A stretch of DNA of 64,000 nucleotides from an uncultured Rudaea sp. Its GTDB lineage: Bacteria > Pseudomonadota > Gammaproteobacteria > Xanthomonadales > Rhodanobacteraceae. Of the stretch, positions 39,122 through 48,569 are shown piece after piece. Location: the NCBI GenBank assembly GCA_964657965.1, contig CAZZWP010000003.1:8451-72450 (forward strand), given 5' to 3'. A program made the position numbers and the translations under genes. Under the pieces are notes generated by a model. The model saw only the letters and a list, made by a program, of their open reading frames with translations. It had not been told where the DNA came from and did not search any database. Numbering within the stretch: position 1 is the first letter of the stretch; each line of letters begins with the position of its first letter.

Positions 39122-40444
39122 ATGTCCGCCGACCTCGCGACTCTTTATCCCGATCATTTGCGCACATTGCGCGCCAACGCCGACAGCGCGCTTCAGCGCG
39201 GCGGGTTCGATCATCTGCTCATCGCCGCCGGCGTCGTTCGCTACGAATTTCTCGACGACCATCCGCACCCGTTCACGCCGAATCCGCATTTCAAGCACTG
39301 GGTGCCGGTGACAAAAGCGCCCGGCTCATGGATCGTCTACTCGCCCGGCGCGCAACCGAAACTGATTTATCTGCAACCGCGCGATTATTGGCACGTCGTT
39401 CCCGAAGCGCCGGCGGGATATTGGGTCGAGCATTTCGACATCGTCATCATTCGCGAAGCGAAAGAAGTGACGGCGTATTTTCCGAAAGCGCTCGATCGGT
39501 GCGCGATAATCGGCGAAGACATTAGCGCCGTTGGCGATGCGAAGCCGAACAATCCGTCGCCTGTGCTGAATTTTCTGCATTATCAACGCGCGTACAAAAC
39601 GGATTACGAACTGGCGATGATGCGAGTGGCGAGCAAACTCGGCGCACGCGCGCATCGCGCGGCCGAGGCGGCGTTCCGCGACGGCGCATCGGAATACGAC
39701 ATCAACATGGCGTATTTGAAGTCCGTGCACGAGACGGAAACCGAATTGCCGTACAGCAATATCGTCGCATTGAATCAACATGGCGCGATATTGCATTACA
39801 CGGATCTGAACCGTGCACCGCCGACGCACGCCGATTCGTTTCTGATCGACGCCGGTGCGAGTTTTCACGGTTACGCGAGCGACATCACGCGCACGCACGC
39901 GGCCAAGCACGCGGGCGAGTTTCAGGAATTGATCGATTCCGTCGACACGGCGCAGCGCGGGTTCGTCGACAGAGTTCGGCCCGGACAAGATTATCCGGCG
40001 CTGCACATTCACGCGCATCACGAGCTTGCCGCAATTCTCAAACGGCACGATTTCATTCGGATGAGTCCGGAGAGCGCGGTCGAATCGGGTGTGTGCTCCG
40101 CGTTTTTTCCGCACGGGCTCGGTCATCTGCTTGGGCTGCAAGTCCACGACATCGGCGGCTTTCAAAAGGACGCGAACGGCGGTGCGATCGCGAGGCCAAA
40201 CGGTCATCCGTATTTGCGACTGACGCGAACGATCGAACCGCGCATGGTGATGACCATCGAGCCCGGCATCTATTTCATCGACATGCTCCTTGCCGAACTC
40301 AAGGACAAAGCCGTATCGCGCGATATCAATTGGGATAAGGTCGACGGCTTCCGACGTTACGGCGGCATCCGCATCGAGGACGACGTGGCCTGCACCGATG
40401 CCGCACCGGAAAACCTCACGCGCGATGCGTTCGCCGCTACCTGA
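39122..40444 (+). CDS. pepQ: Xaa-Pro dipeptidase (prolidase, M24B)
   Basis: Start at internal Met66 (MSADLATLYPDHL). M24 metal ligands in context (FLIDAGASFHGYASDITRT, HGLGHLLGLQVHD, MTIEPG, IRIEDD). Confidence 0.85.
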   Translation: MSADLATLYPDHLRTLRANADSALQRGGFDHLLIAAGVVRYEFLDDHPHPFTPNPHFKHWVPVTKAPGSWIVYSPGAQPKLIYLQPRDYWHVVPEAPAGYWVEHFDIVIIREAKEVTAYFPKALDRCAIIGEDISAVGDAKPNNPSPVLNFLHYQRAYKTDYELAMMRVASKLGARAHRAAEAAFRDGASEYDINMAYLKSVHETETELPYSNIVALNQHGAILHYTDLNRAPPTHADSFLIDAGASFHGYASDITRTHAAKHAGEFQELIDSVDTAQRGFVDRVRPGQDYPALHIHAHHELAAILKRHDFIRMSPESAVESGVCSAFFPHGLGHLLGLQVHDIGGFQKDANGGAIARPNGHPYLRLTRTIEPRMVMTIEPGIYFIDMLLAELKDKAVSRDINWDKVDGFRRYGGIRIEDDVACTDAAPENLTRDAFAAT

Positions 40445-40510
40445 GAATCGTTTCGCGACCCATTCCCGTTTCGACGCAGCGCAGCAAAGAGAGTAAACTC
40501 CGCGTCAGCC

Positions 40511-40723
40511 ATGAATGTTGACGAACGCCGCCCTGCGCTGCGTTTCCTTTCTCTTCTCGGGCGCCGGTATTTCCTGGAACTGGCCCTGATCATCGCGGCG
40601 AAATTCGTCGTGCTCGTCGTTATTTATTTCGTATTGATCGCGCCGCAACCGCGCGCCGATACGTCGCCTGCGGCCATTCGCGCGCACATCACCGATTCAT
40701 CTACCGGCACTCCACGTCCATGA
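40511..40723 (+). CDS. Small membrane protein preceding cydA (CydP-like putative small subunit)
   Basis: 70 aa with one hydrophobic helix (LELALIIAAKFVVLVVIYFVLI). The stop overlaps the cydA ATG (ATGA). The assignment rests on position and size only. Confidence 0.5.
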   Translation: MNVDERRPALRFLSLLGRRYFLELALIIAAKFVVLVVIYFVLIAPQPRADTSPAAIRAHITDSSTGTPRP

Positions 40724-42294
40724 TCGATCCGGATCTCGTCACCTTGTCGCGCGCGCAGTTCGCGCTGACGGCGCTGTATCACTTTCTATTCGTGCCGCTC
40801 ACGCTCGGACTGTCGTGGATTCTGGCCATCATGGAATCGGTCTACGTGATGACCGGCCGCGATATCTGGAAACGCATGACGCAATTCTGGGGCGTGTTGT
40901 TCGGCATCAATTTCGCGATGGGCGTGGCCACCGGTGTGACGATGGAGTTTCAGTTCGGCACGAACTGGGCGTACTACGCGCACTATGTCGGCGATATCTT
41001 CGGCACGCCGCTCGCGCTGGAAGGATTGAGCGCATTTTTCCTGGAAGCCACGTTCATCGGCTTGTTCTTTTTCGCTTGGGATCGCTTGAGCCGGGTGCAG
41101 CATCTGGCGGTAACGTGGGTACTCGCGCTCGGCACCAATCTGTCGGCGTTATGGATACTCATCGCTAACGCGTGGATGCAGAATCCGGTCGGATCGGAAT
41201 TCAATTTCGAAACGATGCGCATGGAAGTGACGTCGTTCAGTGCCGTGTTGTTCAATCCGGTCGCGCAGTCGAAATTCGTGCATACGGTCAGTGCGGGCTA
41301 CGTGCTCGGTTCGATGTTCGTACTGTCGATAAGCGCGTGGTACCTGCTCACGGGTCGCAACGTCGAGTTCGCAAAACGCTCGATGACCGTAGCCGCGAGC
41401 TTTGGGCTCGCCTCGGCCATGTCCGTCGTCGTGCTGGGCGACGAATCGGGCTACACGGTCTCGGAAAACCAGAAGATGAAGCTCGCCGCGATCGAGGCGA
41501 TGTGGGAAACCGAACCGGCGCCGGCGTCGTTCACGCTGTTCGGTTTTCCGGATTTGCAAACGCAGACCACACGTTTCGCAATCCGCGTGCCATGGGTGAT
41601 GGGCATCATCGGCACACGTTCGCTCGATGGTGTGCTGCCCGGCATCGTCGATCTGGTGGCGGAAGCCAAGCAACGCATCCGTGATGGCCTCATCGCCTAC
41701 GACGCGCTGAAAAAACTCAAAGCCGATCCCAACGATGCGGCGGCGAAGCTGCAATTCCTCGCGCATCGCAAAGATCTCGGCTACGCGCTACTACTCAAGC
41801 GGACCATGACCGATCCGATGCAGGCAAGCAGCACGGATATCGACAAGGCGGCCTCGAGCACGATTCCAAACGTGCCGGTGTTGTTCTGGTCGTTCCGCAT
41901 CATGGTCGCCTGCGGCTTGTATTTCATCGCGTTGTTCGCATTCTCGTTCTGGCTGGCGAGTCGACGACAACTCGACCGGCATCGATGGTATTTGCGCGTC
42001 GCGTTATGGAGTTTGCCGCTGCCGTGGCTCGCCGCGGAACTGGGTTGGGTCGTCGCCGAATACGGTCGCCAGCCGTGGGCGATCGAAGGCGTACTGCCGA
42101 CGGCGCTCGGGGTTTCCTCGGTTTCCGCATCGCAAGTGATGTTCAGCATCGCAGGCTTCGTGCTCTTCTACACCGCGCTGGCCATCGTCGATGCAACGCT
42201 GATGACGCGCTACGCGCGGCGCGGTCCGGACGGTCTGGGTTTCTGGCCCGAGAAACGACCGGGGCCGCCGCGTCTCGTCACATCGGGAACGTAA
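40720..42294 (+). CDS. cydA: Cytochrome bd ubiquinol oxidase subunit I
   Basis: 524 aa. N-terminus LSRAQFALTALYHFLFVPLTLG, a Q-loop, and the GWVVAEYGRQPW motif. Confidence 0.95.
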   Translation: MIDPDLVTLSRAQFALTALYHFLFVPLTLGLSWILAIMESVYVMTGRDIWKRMTQFWGVLFGINFAMGVATGVTMEFQFGTNWAYYAHYVGDIFGTPLALEGLSAFFLEATFIGLFFFAWDRLSRVQHLAVTWVLALGTNLSALWILIANAWMQNPVGSEFNFETMRMEVTSFSAVLFNPVAQSKFVHTVSAGYVLGSMFVLSISAWYLLTGRNVEFAKRSMTVAASFGLASAMSVVVLGDESGYTVSENQKMKLAAIEAMWETEPAPASFTLFGFPDLQTQTTRFAIRVPWVMGIIGTRSLDGVLPGIVDLVAEAKQRIRDGLIAYDALKKLKADPNDAAAKLQFLAHRKDLGYALLLKRTMTDPMQASSTDIDKAASSTIPNVPVLFWSFRIMVACGLYFIALFAFSFWLASRRQLDRHRWYLRVALWSLPLPWLAAELGWVVAEYGRQPWAIEGVLPTALGVSSVSASQVMFSIAGFVLFYTALAIVDATLMTRYARRGPDGLGFWPEKRPGPPRLVTSGT

Positions 42295-42297
42295 GCG

Positions 42298-43422
42298 ATG
42301 CTCACCTATGAAAATCTGCGCATCGTCTGGTGGCTCATCCTGGGCCTCCTGTTGATCGGGTTTGCCGTGATGGACGGATTCGATTTCGGCATCGCCGCGC
42401 TAATCCGCGTACTCGGCCGCAACGACGACGAACGCCTTGATCTACTGGAAACGGTGGAACCGGTCTGGGAAGGCAATCAAGTGTGGTTCATCACCGCCGG
42501 CGGCGCGGTGTTCGCGGCGTGGCCCCTGCTATACGCCGTCGCGTTCTCGGGATTTTATGTGGCGATGTTTCTGCTGCTGCTCGCCTTCATTTTGCGGCCG
42601 GTCGGATTCAGTTATCGCAATAAATCGAACGATGCGCGCTGGCGCAATCGGTGGGACTGGATCATCACGATCAGCGGCATCGTCCCGCCGCTGATTTGCG
42701 GTGTCGCGTTCGGCAATCTGTTTCTCGGCGTGCCGTTCCGTTTCGACGATGATTTGCGCATGAGTTACGAAGGCTCGTTCTTCGGTTTGCTCACGCCGTT
42801 TGCATTGGTGTGCGGATTGGTCAGTCTGTCGATGATCCTCATGCACGGTTTGAGTTACGCAGCGATGAAAGCCGACGCGACGCTCACCCAGCGCTCGACC
42901 CGTTTGTTGAAATGGATTGCGACTACGTTTGTCGTGCTTTACATCGCCGCGGGTTTTTGGTTGAGCCGGCTTGGTGGATACGCGGCGACGGTTGCCGATT
43001 TTTCCGCCGTTTCCAATCCGCTGCGCAAGCACGTCGACGCGACGCCAACCTGGCTCGCCGGAAAGCCCGGCACGTTTGCATGTGCGTGCGCCGCCTTCGC
43101 GATCATCGCTGCCGTCGCTTGTATGTTATTGCACGCGCGCCAACGTCATCGCAGCGGGTTTGTCGCGAGCGGATTCGCGGTCGGCGCGACGATCCTGTCG
43201 GCCGGTTGCGCGCTGTTTCCGTTTCTGTTGCCGTCGAGTCTCGACGCGAACAGCAGCCTGACGATCTGGGATGCGTCGTCGAGCCGCACCACGTTGTTGT
43301 CGATGCTGATCGGCGTGATCATTTTCCTGCCCATCGTGCTCGCCTATACCGCGTGGGTTTATCGCGTGCTGCGCGGACGCGTCACCCTCGAACATATCCG
43401 CGCATCACAACACGATTATTGA
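42298..43422 (+). CDS. cydB: Cytochrome bd ubiquinol oxidase subunit II
   Basis: 374 aa. Motifs [25 protein letters not shown] and WEGNQVWFI. Confidence 0.95.
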   Translation: MLTYENLRIVWWLILGLLLIGFAVMDGFDFGIAALIRVLGRNDDERLDLLETVEPVWEGNQVWFITAGGAVFAAWPLLYAVAFSGFYVAMFLLLLAFILRPVGFSYRNKSNDARWRNRWDWIITISGIVPPLICGVAFGNLFLGVPFRFDDDLRMSYEGSFFGLLTPFALVCGLVSLSMILMHGLSYAAMKADATLTQRSTRLLKWIATTFVVLYIAAGFWLSRLGGYAATVADFSAVSNPLRKHVDATPTWLAGKPGTFACACAAFAIIAAVACMLLHARQRHRSGFVASGFAVGATILSAGCALFPFLLPSSLDANSSLTIWDASSSRTTLLSMLIGVIIFLPIVLAYTAWVYRVLRGRVTLEHIRASQHDY

Positions 43423-43431
43423 GGATCTCTC

Positions 43432-43563
43432 ATGTGGTATTTCGCCTGGATATTGGGAATCGGTCTGGCCTGCGCCTTCGCCGTTCTCAACGCGATGTGG
43501 TTCGAGCTGGATGCCGATGCGCGCGCCAAGCTTGCCGCTGACGAAAAAGCGTCGAGCCCGTAG
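43432..43563 (+). CDS. cydX: Cytochrome bd small subunit CydX (YbgT family); below the ORF-track size cutoff
   Basis: 43-codon ORF MWYFAWILGIGLACAFAVLNAMWFELDADARAKLAADEKASSP. It lies 10 nt after the cydB stop and is preceded by GAGGA. The MWYF.WILG N-terminus is the CydX signature. Confidence 0.8.
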   Translation: MWYFAWILGIGLACAFAVLNAMWFELDADARAKLAADEKASSP

Positions 43564-43674
43564 TGCGTTTCGAAACCCGTCGCACGCCGTCATGCGATAA
43601 TTGCCGGATGGAACGTCGCCCGCGGTGGGCACGGCAGTGGCATGACAAGGAGCCGGCATTCCGGCAGGTGAGAC

Positions 43675-44529
43675 GTGATTCCGCAACGTTTTCCTCGTAT
43701 CGCACTAGCGCTTTGCGCGCTAGCTTTTTGGATTCCCGGCTTCGCTCAGGCGCCAGATAGCGCGGCGCAGCCCAAGCCCTCGCGCAGCGCGTCGGCGAAT
43801 CCATCCAAGCCCAAACCGCCTGCGCATGATCCAAAGGCCGCGCGCATCGTCACGGTGCCACGACTAGGCGAAGTGACCGTCTACACGCCACCGGGAGAAC
43901 CGCGCGGTTTTGCGCTGTTCGCGTCGGGCGACGGTGGCTGGAATCTCGGCGTGTGGGATATGGCGCAGACGGCGGCGAGCATCGGCTATGTCGTCGCGGG
44001 ATTCAGCACGCCTGCATTTCTCAAGGCATTGGAAAGCAATGACGCCGCGTGCAGCGACGCGTCCGGCTTTCTCGACGCGATCGCCGACAAGGTTCGCGCG
44101 GAAACAAAAATTCCATCGAACTTGAAGCCGTTGCTGATCGGTTATTCGTCGGGTGCGACGATCGCTTACGCAGCGCTGGCGCAGGCCGACAAGCAACACT
44201 TCAGCGGCGCGATGACGCTGGGATTCTGCCCCGACCTCATCATCCACAAACCGTTTTGCCGCGGCGCCGGTTTGACGGCCGACAAACAGACGAAACCGCC
44301 GTACGGCGTCGTATTCAACACCGTCCCGGAAGCCGGCGGGCCTTGGATCGTGCTGCAAGGCGAAATCGACCAGGTCTGCAATCCGCCGGAGACGATTACA
44401 TTTGTGGAAAAAGTAAAAAATGGAAAAGTGGTCAGCCTGCCGCATGTCGGCCACGGTTACGGCGTGCCGAAAAACTGGATGCCGCAGTATCGACAAGGCT
44501 TGATCGAACTGCGCGACAGTCAACCCTAG
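43675..44529 (+). CDS. Secreted single-domain VirJ/AcvB-type alpha/beta hydrolase
   Basis: 284 aa with a GTG start and signal peptide (...GFAQA). VirJ signature FASGDGGW and nucleophile elbow GYSSGA. The stop is 3 nt before the mprF ATG. Confidence 0.7.
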   Translation: MIPQRFPRIALALCALAFWIPGFAQAPDSAAQPKPSRSASANPSKPKPPAHDPKAARIVTVPRLGEVTVYTPPGEPRGFALFASGDGGWNLGVWDMAQTAASIGYVVAGFSTPAFLKALESNDAACSDASGFLDAIADKVRAETKIPSNLKPLLIGYSSGATIAYAALAQADKQHFSGAMTLGFCPDLIIHKPFCRGAGLTADKQTKPPYGVVFNTVPEAGGPWIVLQGEIDQVCNPPETITFVEKVKNGKVVSLPHVGHGYGVPKNWMPQYRQGLIELRDSQP

Positions 44530-44532
44530 CCC

Positions 44533-47157
44533 ATGAGCGAGACACCCGCCGCCGTCGAGCACGCCGCGCCCAGCCGCTTCGCCAAACTGCGCTGGATACT
44601 TCCGCTCGGGTTTCTGAGTCTGACCGGATGGCTGCTCTATCGCGAACTCGGCGAACTGCCGCTGCCCGACATCCAGAGCACGCTGCTCGCCGTGCCGACG
44701 TTGCAGGCGCTCGGCGTCGCCGCGTTGGCTCTGATCAGCGTCGCATTCACCGGATGCGTCGATTTTCTCGTCGCACGCTGGCTCAAGCTCGGCATCGGTG
44801 CGCGTGACATTTTTCGTCTGGCGTTCGTCGCCAACAGCATGGCCAACACGTTGAACTTGAGTGGCGCGATGGGCGCGAGCATTCGGCTGATGGGTCTCAG
44901 CGGATTCAAAGTGCAGATGTCGCGATCGGCCGCACTGATCGGCATGCAGGCGTTGTCGCTCCTGTGCGGATTGTCGTTACTCGTCATCGTCACCTTGACC
45001 ACGAGCGCGTTGCCGCTGACCAGCGGAACGGTGCAGCGTTGGGTGGCGACGGCGGTGCTGATCGCCGCGGCGCTGTATCTGCCGCTGTATTTTTTCCTCA
45101 CTTCGCGCCGCCGCCTGATGCGCTGGTTGCCGACCGATGTCGGTTTGCCGCCGTTGCGTTTGAAAATCGAGTTGACGATCGTTTCGTTCGTCGATTGGCT
45201 GCTCGCCGCCGCGACGCTGTATATCTGCATTTATCTTTCCGGCGAACATGTAAAACCCGGTTTGCTGCTCGGCTCATTCGCAGGCGCCGGCGTGCTCGGC
45301 TTAGTCAGCCAAGTTCCAGGCGGGCTTGGCGTATTCGATGGCCTGATCCTGCTCGCGCTGACCGAAGCCGGGTACGACAAAGCATCCGTTTTCTCGGGCC
45401 TGCTGTTGTTTCGCATCGCGTACTACCTCGTGCCGCTGCTCGTCGCGTTGTATATGGGTTCGGAAATGCTCACGACGCAATTGCCGTTGCTCGTGCGCCT
45501 TCGTACGCGTCTGGCCGGCCATCCGCTATTCGGCGTGATCGGCTTGCCGGTGACGCTGCTCGCCGATTTCGGCACACGCCTGCTCGCCGTTCTCACTTTC
45601 GGTGCGGGCGCGATGCAGCTGGCATCGGCGGCGATTCCGTCCGTGCGCGAGCACATTGAACTCGTGCGCGAGACCTTGCCGGTGCTCGCTGTCGAAAGCT
45701 CGAACTGGTTCAGTATTCTGTCCGGCGTTCTGTTGCTCGGACTCGCGCGCGGCATCGACGGCCGTTTGCGCATTGCCTATCGCGGCGCGCAATGGCTGCT
45801 GCTCATCAGCGCGGCGCTGGCCATCACGAAAGGTCTTCATTTCGGTGAAGCCGTCTTCCTGCTTATCGTCGCCGGACTCTTGCGTTCGCGCAAACGCGTT
45901 TTCACGCGCAGCGCGATGACGCTCACCTCCGCGCGAACGATGGGTTGGTATACCGGCCTCATCGTCTGCGTGCTCGTCTTCTTCGCCATCGGCGTCGTGC
46001 AAGTACTCGGCGACGATTCGTTCGACTTGTTCTACTTCGGTCACGGCGAACATACCTCGCGCATCGGCCGTGGACTTACCGCCGCCGCACTCGGACTCGG
46101 CCTGTATCTGATCTGGCAAGTTTTCGCCGTCAAGCGACCGCCTTTGCGTTATCCGGATCGCGCCGAATTGGAGCGCACGCGCGATTTGTACCAGAAACAC
46201 GGCGGCGGCGAATTCGCGCATCTCACGTTCATGGGCGACAAGCATCTGTTCTGGGCTGCCGATCATCAGGCCGTCATCGCCTACGGCAGCGTGCGCGATC
46301 GGCTCGTCGCGCTCGGCTCGCCGTGCGGGACCGACACCGGTATCGATCGCGCCATTCTCGATTTCCGGCACTTCGCCGATGCGCAGGACCGCGTGCCGAT
46401 CTTTTACGAAGTGCTCGAACCGGATCTGTCGCGTTATCACGATCACGGCTTCGATCTCTTTAAGCTTGGGGAACTGGCGCTGGTGAATCTTTCCGAATTT
46501 TCGCTGGCCGGCAAGCGCTGGGAAGATTTGCGCCAAGCCAGCAACCGCGCCGACAAGGAAAAGCTGACTTTTACACTTGTATACCCGCCCTTCGATACGG
46601 CCCTTATGAGCGAGTTGGAGCGCGTCTCCGACGCGTGGCTTGCCGACAAAGGCGGTACCGAGAAGAGTTTTTCGCTAGGCGCGTTCGAGCCGTTGTATCT
46701 CGAATGGAGCCCGATCGGGCTTGTGCACCGCGACGGCGAATTGATCGCATTCGCCAATGTACTTCCGCCGTACGGCCCCGGCGGACACGCCAGCGTCGAC
46801 CTGATGCGTCACACCTCCGACGCGCCCCGCAGCACGATGGATTATCTGTTTGCGAAAGTCATGCAATGGGCGAAAGACGAAGGTTACGAAATCTTCAGCC
46901 TAGGTATGGCGCCCCTCTCGCGCGTCGGCGACAACCCCTACGCGCGCGCCAACGAACGCCTGGCCGCGATCGCATTTCGATACGGCAATCGTTTCTACAA
47001 CTATCAAGGCGTGCGCAAGTACAAGGATAAGTTCAAACCCGAATGGGTCGGTGCCTATCTCGCCTATCCGCGCGGGTTATGGTTACCCGCATTGCTGATC
47101 GATATCAGTGCGCTGGTGGCCGGCGGCTATCGGAAGTTTTTGGTCGGTGGCAGTTAG
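44533..47157 (+). CDS. mprF: Aminoacyl-phosphatidylglycerol synthase/flippase MprF
   Basis: 874 aa. About 14 predicted TM helices in the N-terminal part. C-terminal cytosolic synthase domain (LTFMGDKHLFW, FSLGMAPLS, RFYNYQGVRKYKDKF). Confidence 0.9.
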   Translation: MSETPAAVEHAAPSRFAKLRWILPLGFLSLTGWLLYRELGELPLPDIQSTLLAVPTLQALGVAALALISVAFTGCVDFLVARWLKLGIGARDIFRLAFVANSMANTLNLSGAMGASIRLMGLSGFKVQMSRSAALIGMQALSLLCGLSLLVIVTLTTSALPLTSGTVQRWVATAVLIAAALYLPLYFFLTSRRRLMRWLPTDVGLPPLRLKIELTIVSFVDWLLAAATLYICIYLSGEHVKPGLLLGSFAGAGVLGLVSQVPGGLGVFDGLILLALTEAGYDKASVFSGLLLFRIAYYLVPLLVALYMGSEMLTTQLPLLVRLRTRLAGHPLFGVIGLPVTLLADFGTRLLAVLTFGAGAMQLASAAIPSVREHIELVRETLPVLAVESSNWFSILSGVLLLGLARGIDGRLRIAYRGAQWLLLISAALAITKGLHFGEAVFLLIVAGLLRSRKRVFTRSAMTLTSARTMGWYTGLIVCVLVFFAIGVVQVLGDDSFDLFYFGHGEHTSRIGRGLTAAALGLGLYLIWQVFAVKRPPLRYPDRAELERTRDLYQKHGGGEFAHLTFMGDKHLFWAADHQAVIAYGSVRDRLVALGSPCGTDTGIDRAILDFRHFADAQDRVPIFYEVLEPDLSRYHDHGFDLFKLGELALVNLSEFSLAGKRWEDLRQASNRADKEKLTFTLVYPPFDTALMSELERVSDAWLADKGGTEKSFSLGAFEPLYLEWSPIGLVHRDGELIAFANVLPPYGPGGHASVDLMRHTSDAPRSTMDYLFAKVMQWAKDEGYEIFSLGMAPLSRVGDNPYARANERLAAIAFRYGNRFYNYQGVRKYKDKFKPEWVGAYLAYPRGLWLPALLIDISALVAGGYRKFLVGGS

Positions 47158-47184
47158 TTCGCAATGCACAACGTTGACCGGAGA

Positions 47185-48555
47185 TTACTTTTTCGCCGGC
47201 AAACTTGCCACGATGCTCGCGCCCAGTTTGTCGTAGTCGCCGTTGTAGTGATGGCCGCCGGGCAGCGTCAGTAATTTCACCAGCGGTTTGCCGGCGATCG
47301 TGGGACAAAACGCATCGCTTCCTTCGTCGGCGCCGTTGACGCAAATGACTGCGACGTTGGTTTTGTCGATTTCGGGCGTGATCGGAATGGCGCCTTCGTG
47401 ATGGGTCGATCCGAACCAGTCGCCGACGTGGATTTCGAACACGGCTTCAGGATCGGGCGAAATCAACACTTGTGCCGCGACGCGCGCTTGCGCCGTCGTC
47501 GGCAGTCGATTGATCACGACGGGCGACAACGCAGCGCCGAAGGAATAGCCAAGGACGACGAAATCGGCTTGCGGATGTTTCGCGCCGTAATGACCGATGA
47601 TGCGCGTCACGGCGTCGGCGGCTTCCTCGGGCTTTCGCGTTTGCCAGAAGAATTTCAGCGTGTTCAGACCAACGACTTCGATGCCGCGCTTGGACAATTG
47701 ATCGGCAATCGCGACATCCAGTCCCGCCCAACCGCCGTCGCCGGTGAGTACGATCGCAACTCGATTGGCAAATATGCCTTGCGCCGCGACTTCGACCAGC
47801 GGCAAGTCAGCGACGTCTTGCGGAAGCGTCGCCGCACTTTCGGCAGGCATCGTAATCTTCGCCAACGCGGCGACGATCGATTGTGCCGGCGTATGGTTGG
47901 TCGGTGAATCGAGGTGTGCCCACCGTCCGAGGCGGCCAACCAGTCCGACCGTTCGCGCTTCGGGCGCGAAGGGTTGTGGCATCCAGGGATTCGGCAACTT
48001 CTTCACGGCCGTGAGGCGGAACTGGCCTGGGTTGGCATTGTCGGGAACGGTTATCGCGCCGGCGTCGGCCGAACAAATCGGCTTTGGGAAACGCAAGGTG
48101 GAATCCCAGCCGAGCGTAATCAGTCCCGTGTAAGTTCCTAGCGGCGCTTGCGCGTCGACGGCATAAGCAAATGCGGCGCCTTGGCCATCGCCGACCAAAA
48201 TGGGATAAATATACGTTTGTACTTTTTGATCGCGCTGGATCCAATGAATCATTTCCTCGAAATGGCCGGCGGGGAATGAACACTTGTCGTTGATCGATTC
48301 CATCTGCGCGAGGTAGTACGGCAGATCGATGCCGAGCACCATGACGCCGCTGTCGCCGATCGCGACCGCGAGCGATTCGGCCCGCGCATCCCATCCGTTC
48401 TTGTCCGAAACGAGGACGACGGCGTGCGTGAACGGTTTCGTCGGCACGATCGTGTGGACATTGCCGAACAAGCCGAACTTGATGGGCGCGGTCGCGGCGT
48501 GAGCCACGCTCGACACGGCGAGCATCGACGCGAACAAAAGGTGCATCCGGCGCAT
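47185..48555 (-). CDS. acvB: Two-domain AcvB/VirJ virulence-factor-family hydrolase (aminoacyl-PG hydrolase type)
   Basis: Start at internal Met49 (MRRMHLLFASML), with a signal peptide. The C-terminal VirJ domain has LTGDGGW and GYSFGA. The N-terminal domain is a degenerate copy (SDKNGW, GDGQGA). Convergent on mprF. Confidence 0.8.
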   Translation of the reverse strand: MRRMHLLFASMLAVSSVAHAATAPIKFGLFGNVHTIVPTKPFTHAVVLVSDKNGWDARAESLAVAIGDSGVMVLGIDLPYYLAQMESINDKCSFPAGHFEEMIHWIQRDQKVQTYIYPILVGDGQGAAFAYAVDAQAPLGTYTGLITLGWDSTLRFPKPICSADAGAITVPDNANPGQFRLTAVKKLPNPWMPQPFAPEARTVGLVGRLGRWAHLDSPTNHTPAQSIVAALAKITMPAESAATLPQDVADLPLVEVAAQGIFANRVAIVLTGDGGWAGLDVAIADQLSKRGIEVVGLNTLKFFWQTRKPEEAADAVTRIIGHYGAKHPQADFVVLGYSFGAALSPVVINRLPTTAQARVAAQVLISPDPEAVFEIHVGDWFGSTHHEGAIPITPEIDKTNVAVICVNGADEGSDAFCPTIAGKPLVKLLTLPGGHHYNGDYDKLGASIVASLPAKK

Positions 48556-48569
48556 GACGACGATTCCGT

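Noticed and set aside
40445-40510. Looked for an FNR/ANR box (TTGAT-N4-ATCAA) upstream of the cyd operon.
   Set aside because: No match by eye in the 66-nt spacer. The promoter may lie further upstream, inside pepQ.
45526-46536. 336-aa minus-strand ORF inside mprF.
   Set aside because: Antisense to a well-supported membrane protein or synthase gene. Arg/Glu/Ala-rich artefact.
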